Below are positions 26,425-33,136 of a stretch of 38,696 nt of DNA, in pieces. The stretch's first letter is position 1. Every line of letters starts with the position of its first letter. The position numbers and the translations under genes are program-made. The notes below the pieces were generated by a model. That model made no database searches, was not told the origin of the DNA, and saw only the letters and a program-made list of their open reading frames with translations. Source of the stretch: a virus; the IMG/VR virus record IMGVR_UViG_3300045988_140085, positions 1 through 38,696 of that record; one strand, given 5' to 3'.

Positions 26425-27618
26425 TTACTCTCCGACGGTGAAACGTATTACGTTCTGCACGTCGTCGAGGCCCTGCACGCTCTCGGCGTTGTCGATGATG
26501 ATCGGTATCTTGTCGATGGTACCCGTCATCACTCGCGCCGTCTCCAATATCCGCACGCATATCTCTACGCGCTTGGCCCGGTTAACGCTTTTGAGCGGCA
26601 CACCTTTGTAGGTGAGGGTGCAGGTGGACGAGGTGCGCCCGGTTGTCTTGGCCGTCGTCTCGGTTATGATCTGCACGTCGTCCGGCAGGGCGGGACGGAC
26701 TGCCGCCGCATCAGCGGCCCGGATTTGTTCCTCCAGCGCGGCCATCTGCTCGTCGATGTCCTGCACACGACGGCGTGCGCCGGACGCCCGCGATATGATC
26801 GCTTCGGCCTCATTGATGGCCGCCGTCTCAGCATTGTAGGCTTTGAGCCGCTCGGTTATCCTCTCCACCTCCGCCCGCATACCTTGATAGGCTTCGTTGG
26901 CGGCGTCCCGCTCGCGGCGCACGGCGTCGATCTCGGCGGCTGTGTACTGCTTGCCGCACGTCGGGCAGACTGTCGGCAACGTCCCGCCGATCCGGTTAAG
27001 CGTCGCAACGTGCTCACCTGCTCGCGCCATGTAGTCCGTTTCGGCCTCGGTCAGCGGCTCGACGGTCCGGGTAGGCACGGCCACGGTGGTTAGCGCGTAT
27101 TGCTCGGCCGCGCGGCGTTCTTTGCGCAGGGCATCACGCTCGCGCCGGAGGTTTGTCGCTTCGTCGTTCTCAACGAGGGACGCACGCGCTAACAGGCGGC
27201 GTAACTGCTCGGCGGTAAGCGCCGGGTCGGTCAAAAGGTTTGCGTCAGCACACGCGACTACGAGGTCAATAGGTATGCCGAAACGCTGGGCGAGGATGTC
27301 GGTAAACTCGGCTTGCGTAACCACCTCATCGCACAAATATAATTGTGTCGATCCCTTGGGGGTGAGTACACGCCGTATAGTCGTGCCGTCGGAGGGCCAG
27401 CCCGTAATCGTTACACAGGTGTTGACACTTGGGCTTGGGTCCATACCTGTCTGCGGGTCTATGCGCCGCGGTTGGAACCCGTTGAGCGTTCTACCCGTGA
27501 GGGCGAAGACCCATGCGTTAACCTGCGTTGTTTTGCCCGCCCCGTTAGGCATCGTGCGGGATGTGAATGGCGCGTTAAAGACATCGAACGCGCCAAATAG
27601 TACCATTGATAGTTTCAT
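26425..27618 (-). CDS. Mini Rad50/SbcC/SMC-like ATPase with a central CxxC zinc-hook-like motif
   Basis: Walker A MPNGAGKTT at the N-terminus. A long Arg/Glu/Ala coiled region has CPTC (26956..26967) at its midpoint. C-terminal IPIIIDNAES is Walker-B-like. Confidence 0.7.
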   Translation of the reverse strand: MKLSMVLFGAFDVFNAPFTSRTMPNGAGKTTQVNAWVFALTGRTLNGFQPRRIDPQTGMDPSPSVNTCVTITGWPSDGTTIRRVLTPKGSTQLYLCDEVVTQAEFTDILAQRFGIPIDLVVACADANLLTDPALTAEQLRRLLARASLVENDEATNLRRERDALRKERRAAEQYALTTVAVPTRTVEPLTEAETDYMARAGEHVATLNRIGGTLPTVCPTCGKQYTAAEIDAVRRERDAANEAYQGMRAEVERITERLKAYNAETAAINEAEAIISRASGARRRVQDIDEQMAALEEQIRAADAAAVRPALPDDVQIITETTAKTTGRTSSTCTLTYKGVPLKSVNRAKRVEICVRILETARVMTGTIDKIPIIIDNAESVQGLDDVQNVIRFTVGE

Positions 27619-27647
27619 ACGTTTAAGTGTTTAAGAGTTTTAAAAGA

Positions 27648-27678
27648 GTCCCCGGCCCGGCACCTCCAAGCCGGGGAC
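27648..27678 (-). terminator. Rho-independent terminator; sense strand reads gtccccggc-(13 nt)-gccggggac followed by tcttttaaaa
   Basis: 9-bp GC stem plus a U-rich tail, 60 nt after the stop of 27740..28345. The conserved leader motif follows immediately. Confidence 0.7.
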
Positions 27679-27739
27679 GTAGTAAGGTATGCACCGCCTG
27701 CGAAAGCGAATGGTTTTTGATGCACACCTATTTACCTCT

Positions 27740-28345
27740 CTACTGCGCGTCCGGGTCGATACCGGCGGCGATCAGCATTTGCCGCAGACGCTCGGCTTCG
27801 CTCTGCATCTTGACGGCCTTGCTCTCGACCTCGGCCAGTCGTGCCGATACGCTCGCGCGGCCCGCGCTCTTAGGCAGTTCGAACGACATTACGACCTCTT
27901 TTGCGGCCTCGACGTCGGCGTCGAACTGTTCCGCTTCCTCTTTGCGGGCCTGCAACTCGGCTTCGAGGCGGGCGATCTCGGCGACGATCTTCTCGCGGTT
28001 CTTCTCCTCGGCCTGCACGAAAGCGGCGGCACGTTTGGCGGCGATCTCGGCGGCACAGTCGGCGGGGATTTCGATGTCCTCGACCACACCACGCACGAGT
28101 TTTTCGGTCCCATCTTCCTGCTTGGTGAGCGTTGCGCGGAAGAAATTCCCGGTTCGCTTCTCGAAGTTGAGCGCGGCGGCACTCAATGCGGGCAGTTTGG
28201 CGCGGAGAATCGCGGTTGCTTTCTGCACCTCGGGCGTTGCGTTTTCGGCGGCCTCTTTTTCAGCGTGTTCTGCGGGGATCGGCTCGGTCTGCGGCTTCAT
28301 CTCCTGCAATTCGTTCGGGTTCTGTACTTTCGTTTCGTTTTTCAT
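27740..28345 (-). CDS. Hypothetical coiled-coil protein (Ala/Glu/Lys-rich)
   Basis: 201 aa ORF. It is the only frame with a sensible start and leader (aaaaacatttacaggtATG); the antisense ORFs are GC artefacts. Confidence 0.6.
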   Translation of the reverse strand: MKNETKVQNPNELQEMKPQTEPIPAEHAEKEAAENATPEVQKATAILRAKLPALSAAALNFEKRTGNFFRATLTKQEDGTEKLVRGVVEDIEIPADCAAEIAAKRAAAFVQAEEKNREKIVAEIARLEAELQARKEEAEQFDADVEAAKEVVMSFELPKSAGRASVSARLAEVESKAVKMQSEAERLRQMLIAAGIDPDAQ

Positions 28346-28396
28346 ACCTGTAAATGTTTTTAAGTGATTAATAATTAGACGTCTTTACGTCGTTGT

Positions 28397-28444
28397 GGCG
28401 GGCCGGGGTGTTACTCCCCGCGGGACGGTTTGCCGTGACCCGCC
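28397..28444 (-). other. GC-rich multi-hairpin element (outer ggcggg/cccgcc; inner cgggg-tgttact-ccccg and acgg-tttg-ccgt)
   Basis: Read directly in the 104-nt gap between 28450 and 28345. Confidence 0.4.
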
Positions 28445-28449
28445 GTACC

Positions 28450-28884
28450 TTATTTGTTGTACTCCCGGTCGAATGCACGGAGTAAATAGTAGTCCTTTTT
28501 GTAGTACTTGCTTACTATTAGCACCCTTTGCGACGTATTGAGGCCTATGGCCATACCTGCTACACCTTGAACGTACGTTACTAACGGCAGGTCTTCGTGT
28601 ATCGCTGTTTTGTACGCTTCGTCGTACTCCTTGAACGTTTTGAATCTTACCTCTTTTGTCGAGGCGCTACGCACCACGATTGCAAACTCCCCCTCGGCTG
28701 TTGTGACGATCTTTGCGCGTCGTATCGGCTCGTACTCCTTTTTGCACCTCTCGCAGAACTCCGTTACGGTCATCTGTTCGTCGTATAACCGCGAATAGTC
28801 CATTACGTTGTACAGTCGGGCCGTCGTGTCATACGTTACACGCACTAACGTGCTACGCTTTTTGTTGATATAATACGTTGTCAT
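28450..28884 (-). CDS. Hypothetical early protein
   Basis: 144 aa ORF. Confidence 0.55.
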   Translation of the reverse strand: MTTYYINKKRSTLVRVTYDTTARLYNVMDYSRLYDEQMTVTEFCERCKKEYEPIRRAKIVTTAEGEFAIVVRSASTKEVRFKTFKEYDEAYKTAIHEDLPLVTYVQGVAGMAIGLNTSQRVLIVSKYYKKDYYLLRAFDREYNK

Positions 28885-28890
28885 ACCTTG

Positions 28891-29235
28891 TTAGTCTAAG
28901 ATAAAACAAACTACGTTATACATGTGCTTTTCGTCCGGGTCCCGCACCGCTATCACGGCGTCAGCCACATGCCCGAGGTAGGCAAGCCTACCTAAAAGTA
29001 TCTCGGATTGATCGCTTTGATCTACGATGCCCACCACCGTGCATTTGGTCTTTTCGTCCATTGCCTGCCGTATTCGTGGCGTGCAAGTGAGCACTACGCC
29101 GTCGCCGTCCTCCGGCGTTATCTCCGTCTCGACCCCCGCCGTACCTTTGAGCAGGTCCCCGGCGCTCAACAGTGCGTAATTCTCTGGTTCGATGTTGAAC
29201 TCTTTGGTGATCTTCAAAAACTCGATTGCTTTCAT
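28891..29235 (-). CDS. Hypothetical early protein
   Basis: 114 aa ORF with leader cacttaaacacttaaacgtATG. Confidence 0.55.
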   Translation of the reverse strand: MKAIEFLKITKEFNIEPENYALLSAGDLLKGTAGVETEITPEDGDGVVLTCTPRIRQAMDEKTKCTVVGIVDQSDQSEILLGRLAYLGHVADAVIAVRDPDEKHMYNVVCFILD

Positions 29236-29274
29236 ACGTTTAAGTGTTTAAGTGTTAGAGCCGGGCCACGGTTT

Positions 29275-29652
29275 TCATTGCATACAACGCTCGATTAACG
29301 CCCACGCCCGTATATGCGCCCTTACTTGCACGTCCATCCACGTTTCGCGTGCGTTGGGGGCCTTGCGTCCATAGTCGGTACGTCTCAACTCGGACGGCGT
29401 GCAAAGCGTTTCAGCGATTTCTCCGTCGTAGATCATTGCACAACCGCCATAACAATACTGTTCCCAGCCGTTCGCACCGTTAAGTACAGTTTTTTCGGTT
29501 AGCGGGGGCACCGAGTCTGACCCCTCCCGATCCCGTACTATCTCCTCGTACCTGTCTAACAGACCCTTGGCGATCTCTTTCACGCCCTTGTCCCATGCTG
29601 ACCGGGGTTTAATGCCCTCCAGTCGTACCCGTATCTTCTGCATCTCTTTCAT
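29275..29652 (-). CDS. Hypothetical early protein (first gene of the leftward operon)
   Basis: 125 aa ORF with leader cttaaactatttaaaaacttaaacacttacaactATG. Confidence 0.55.
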   Translation of the reverse strand: MKEMQKIRVRLEGIKPRSAWDKGVKEIAKGLLDRYEEIVRDREGSDSVPPLTEKTVLNGANGWEQYCYGGCAMIYDGEIAETLCTPSELRRTDYGRKAPNARETWMDVQVRAHIRAWALIERCMQ

Positions 29653-29725
29653 AGTTGTAAGTGTTTAAGTTTTTAAATAGTTTAAGTATATCGGGGTGTC
29701 GTTATCTTCTCCCCCTTTCGTTACA

Positions 29726-29756
29726 CAAATATACAACGAAAAAACGGAATCACAAA
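29726..29756 (-). promoter_or_regulatory. Leftward (early) promoter, Bacteroidota type: TTTG-N19-TATATTTG
   Basis: Sense strand reads ttatTTTGtgattccgttttttcgttgTATATTTGtg. Perfect match to -33 TTTG / -7 TAnnTTTG with 19-nt spacing, about 70 nt upstream of ATG 29652. Confidence 0.65.
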
Positions 29757-29956
29757 ATAAAATTACGGAAAAATGTGATAAAATCGTGAAATAAAACGGT
29801 TTTGTGTACTATACACCCCTTGCAGACCTTTTTTGTTTACTTTCCTGCCCTTGCATACCTTTTTTGTTTTGGGTCCGGGCCGAAACGGTTTACTTTACTT
29901 TACAGGGTGTTAAGTAAAAAGACGAAAATCGTTAAGTAAATGACAAATGATTTCGC

Positions 29957-30782
29957 TGTAAATCAGTAAGTTACAAAGGTGCTTACTTAACCCCCTTGAG
30001 TATCAACGAGTTACACGGGAAAATGAACTCCCTGTAAATCAAGTAATTACAAGGGTCATTTTGTAACTACTTGTCGCACAGTCGGTTAGACGGGAAGATT
30101 AACCCGCTAACAATCAAGCAGTTACAAGGGTCTAATTTCGCGGAATCAAATTCGAAAAATGTGAGTCCCTGTAAATCAATACGTTACAACCTAAAAATTC
30201 CACGAAATCGAACACCTCCGGGAAGATGCAAAAACCTAACTTTTTCACGACTTTTCGACCCCCCAAGGGCCATTTTCCACGAATAAGTTAGGAATTACAT
30301 TAAAAAATTACCCCTTGAAATTTATAAACGTTTGATAATCATAGGTTTGCAGAGATTTTATTTTCCGGCAAATGGCATGAAATCGCTGTAAAGGTCTGTA
30401 AATCAATACGTTAATCTTCCGCTGTAACGCCCTGTAAATCAAGGCGTTACAAAAGGCCTCGTAACGTATTGATACTCAGCGGGTTAATCTTCCGCGGCAA
30501 CGCCCTGAGTATCAAGTAGTTGAAAAATGGCCCTTGTAACTTGTTGAAAGTCAGCGAGTTCATTTTCCCGGGTAATTCACTGAGTATTAGCAACTTAGAG
30601 AGACCGATTATCAGGCAGTTACAGCCCTTGATAATCAGGCAGTTACGAAAATTGACCGACTAAATTGGTAGACCAATTTTTACTCAGAAGCTAATGCGTT
30701 GATAACCAAGTAGTTAATAGAATTAGAAAAAACTATAAGCTATGCAAATAGTTCTAAACTGCTTGATTTATAGTGAGTTACG
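29957..30782. repeat. Array of at least 15 copies of a 19-bp iteron TG(T/A)RWATCARNNNGTTAC(A), in both orientations
   Basis: Forward copies start at 29957, 29997, 30033, 30108, 30170, 30397, 30433, 30506, 30581, 30605, 30629, 30700 and 30764. Reverse copies lie at 30062..30080, 30460..30478 and 30535..30553. Confidence 0.8.
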
Positions 30783-30886
30783 GCGATACGGCGGCCCGTC
30801 GGCCCGGCGATACGGCGCGAAAGGCTGGCCGCCGAGACGCCGCCCCGCTGTTTCAATAATTGAACTTGCTCCCCGTGGAACACTCT

Positions 30887-30946
30887 CGACGTATCGACGT
30901 ATCGACGTATCGACGTATCGACGTATCGACGTATCGACGTATCGAC
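30887..30946. repeat. Perfect 8-bp tandem repeat cgacgtat x 7.5
   Basis: Read directly. Flanked by GC-rich blocks carrying related cgatacgN octamers in the opposite orientation. Confidence 0.95.
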
Positions 30947-31078
30947 TGAATGGGAATGCGTATGAGATAAATACGATACGGCGATACGACGGCCCGACGG
31001 GCCGGCGCGAAATCGAATCGCCGGGGCAAACAGGCGGCGGGGGGTCGGCCCGCTGACCGGGCTCCCCGACGTATCGTC

Positions 31079-31262
31079 AAAAAAATTTTTTAAAAGTACC
31101 ACCGGAATAGTAGGTCTAAAAATTTTTAAAAGTACAATTAATAGGGTAGGCCTAAAAATTTTTTAAATGGTAAAATTGGAGTAGCGTATACGTTTAATTT
31201 TTAAATGGTAAAATTGGAGTAGCGTATACGTTTAATTTTAAAACGGCAAATTTGGAGTAGCA
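31079..31262. repeat. AT-rich tandem repeats, about 5 units of 36-38 bp; the two central units are an exact 42-nt duplicate (31160..31201 and 31198..31239, period 38)
   Basis: Read directly; units begin near 31079, 31117, 31154, 31196 and 31234. Confidence 0.85.
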
Positions 31263-31406
31263 CACACGTTACGACGGCCCGACGAGACGATGCCCCAAAT
31301 TCCAACGCTGAAACTGCGTCCCGACCCAAATAAAATAGGTATGTAGACGTAAATCGGTCGATTTCGATTCTGTGGAAAAGAATTTCACGAAATTCATGGA
31401 CGAAAG

Positions 31407-31437
31407 TTTGAAATGTCGGAAAATTTTATTATCTTTG
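31407..31437 (+). promoter_or_regulatory. Rightward (late) promoter, Bacteroidota type: TTTG-N19-TATCTTTG
   Basis: cgaaagTTTGaaatgtcggaaaattttatTATCTTTGaat is a perfect consensus match with 19-nt spacing, 22 nt upstream of ATG 31460. Confidence 0.65.
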
Positions 31438-31459
31438 AATGACGAGAAAATTTTCACGC

Positions 31460-31678
31460 ATGAAAAAAGTTCAAAAACGCTTACAGGACCTTACGACCAT
31501 GATCCTCAACCATGAGGACCCTACGTCGGACGAGTGCGCCGCGTATATCGCTGAACTCAAACTGTTGCGTGAGTTGATCGCCACATGGAAAGCGTTCAAC
31601 GGGTACGAGGGGGACCTCGACCCGGACGCCGACCCCGGAGACAGGCCCGAGCGGAAATCGACGCAGGTGTGGGAGTAG
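31460..31678 (+). CDS. Hypothetical small protein upstream of the large terminase (a small terminase role is possible but unsupported)
   Basis: ORF. Start moved to MKKVQK because ATG 31439 would lie at or upstream of the predicted transcription start. Confidence 0.5.
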   Translation: MKKVQKRLQDLTTMILNHEDPTSDECAAYIAELKLLRELIATWKAFNGYEGDLDPDADPGDRPERKSTQVWE

Positions 31679-31705
31679 GTTTGTAGGGCCATATATAATA
31701 TAGGT

Positions 31706-33136
31706 ATGGGACTTACAACGAAAATACGGCTCACGAAAAAACAGAACGAAGCGATACGGCTTTTGGACGACAGACACAAAGACCTCATACTCTTGCTGGG
31801 GGGCTCGGGATCGGGGAAATCTTTTGTCGAAGTCTACAAGGTCATACGCGACGCACTGCGGTACAAAGCCCCGTGTCTTATCGCCCGTGACAAACTGATC
31901 GACTTGACCACAGGTGTGATCGACCAAATCGTTCCGGTGATCCTCCAGTTGATCGCAGAGGAGAACGGGCAGGAGAGATGGGACAAATGGACCATCGACG
32001 GGTTGAAGTTCGCCGTTTGGTCGGACAAACGAACCAAACTTACGTTCGCAACAGGCGGTTATGTAAGGTTCGCAGGTCTGTCGAAACGTGACATATCGGA
32101 GAGCGGTTCGGATAAAATCCTCTCGCCGTCGTGGTTGCACATCGCAATCGAGGAGGTGTCGGAGGTCGATTGGCCGATCATTGAGTTACTTATCACACGT
32201 TTGCGTTTTCAGACCGAAGGTGTGACAAATAAACTCATAATGACGGAGAACCCGCCGTCGATGTATCACTTCTCGTACAAACGTTTTTTGGAGAACCAAC
32301 GCGAGGACGGATCGGAGTTGCCGGAGGAGGAACGCGCACGACAAGCGTACCTTTTCATGCAACCAAAAGACAACGAGGAGAATCTTTCGGAGAACTATAT
32401 ACGTAACCTTTCGCAACTGTCCGGCGCGAATCGGGAACGTTTCTATTTGGGACAGTTCCAAGACGCAGAGCAGGGAGAGATATTCAAACGTATAAGTTGG
32501 ACGAAAGTCCTGCCGCGCAAGTGCGAGTGGGAGCGGTTGTGCATATACACCGACCCGACCCCGCTTACAGGTACGGACCACAGCATTTGGGCGGACTATA
32601 AGGCAAGCGTGCTTTGCGGTCTGTTTGACGGTAACGCATACGTGCTCGACATACGCATCGTAAAAGGCTCTACGTTGCAAATGCTTAACAACATCAAGCA
32701 GTTGTGGGACATGTCGCCAAACCAATCCATAACAGAGGTATGGATGGAGAAAAAGCAGATACCGTCGGACTTCGATCAGGTCATGCGTAACTTTGCGCTT
32801 ACAACCGGGTGGATGTGCCCCGTAAGGTATGACACGCGCAACTTCGGTGACAAGACCGCCGCAATCGAGACGTTCCTCGAACCGCTGTTCGAGGACGAGC
32901 ATATATTTTTTAACAACGCATTCCGCGATACGGAGCGTGGCCGACAGTTGCAACATCAGATACTTAAGTTCTCGCGTAAGCAGAACAAGAACAGGCACGA
33001 CGATATACCGGACGCAATCATGCGTTGCGTAACGAAATTAATGGGTAAAAAGGGACGTAAGCAACGTATGAAAGACGCACCGTTGGTTATGTTCGCAAGA
33101 CCCGGTTACATTCACGATATAGTAAACAATGGATAA
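31706..33136 (+). CDS. terL: Terminase large subunit
   Basis: Walker A LLLGGSGSGKSF, Walker B-like WLHIAIEEVSE, and a C-terminal nuclease region with ...CIYTDPT... and NRHDDIPDA acidic motifs. Confidence 0.85.
   Translation: MGLTTKIRLTKKQNEAIRLLDDRHKDLILLLGGSGSGKSFVEVYKVIRDALRYKAPCLIARDKLIDLTTGVIDQIVPVILQLIAEENGQERWDKWTIDGLKFAVWSDKRTKLTFATGGYVRFAGLSKRDISESGSDKILSPSWLHIAIEEVSEVDWPIIELLITRLRFQTEGVTNKLIMTENPPSMYHFSYKRFLENQREDGSELPEEERARQAYLFMQPKDNEENLSENYIRNLSQLSGANRERFYLGQFQDAEQGEIFKRISWTKVLPRKCEWERLCIYTDPTPLTGTDHSIWADYKASVLCGLFDGNAYVLDIRIVKGSTLQMLNNIKQLWDMSPNQSITEVWMEKKQIPSDFDQVMRNFALTTGWMCPVRYDTRNFGDKTAAIETFLEPLFEDEHIFFNNAFRDTERGRQLQHQILKFSRKQNKNRHDDIPDAIMRCVTKLMGKKGRKQRMKDAPLVMFARPGYIHDIVNNG

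Noticed and set aside
26122-28367. Long plus-strand ORFs 26122..27093 (323 aa), 27086..27634, 27627..28367 (246 aa) and 27689..28363 (224 aa)
   Set aside because: They lie antisense to the Rad50-like ATPase and coiled-coil genes in a GC-rich stretch where stop codons are rare in every frame. Their products are Arg/Ala/Ser/Gly low-complexity strings without motifs. They also run against the uniform leftward orientation, leaders and terminators of this arm.
29835-29869. Plus-strand promoter TTTG-N20-TACCTTTT within the 22-bp direct repeats
   Set aside because: The -7 box ends in T rather than G (TACCTTTT), and it would fire into non-coding DNA. It cannot be distinguished from chance by eye.
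30071-30286. ORF 30071..30286 (+), 71 aa, in the iteron field
   Set aside because: It has a non-ATG start and a composition driven by iterons. It crosses several repeat copies and has no leader or promoter in front.
30342-30349. TAGGTTTG as a third host-type promoter at the centre of the iteron dyad
   Set aside because: It is a perfect -7 box, but no TTTG lies 19-21 nt upstream (the nearest TTG is 24 nt away and another TTTG only 7 nt away). It is kept as a remark in the inverted-repeat finding only.
29957-30782. The iteron field considered as a CRISPR array or phage-borne mini-array
   Set aside because: The repeats are only about 19 bp and degenerate. They occur in both orientations with irregular spacing (24 to about 227 bp), and the intervening segments are themselves repeated as inverted copies. 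No cas genes are present. This architecture fits protein-binding iterons better.
30740-31102. ORFs 30740..31102 (-), 30742..31056 (+) and 30853..31080 (-) spanning the 8-mer array
   Set aside because: Their translations are direct read-outs of the tandem repeat (DTSIRRYV repeated, or RRIDVSTY repeated) and of the GC-rich flanks. All three frames are open simply because the repeat lacks stops, and none has a credible start context.
31330-31338. Start-stop mini-ORF aggtATGTAG with the favoured late-gene start context
   Set aside because: It is a single occurrence and could easily arise by chance in AT-rich DNA. It lies upstream of the predicted late promoter, so it is probably not on the late transcript.
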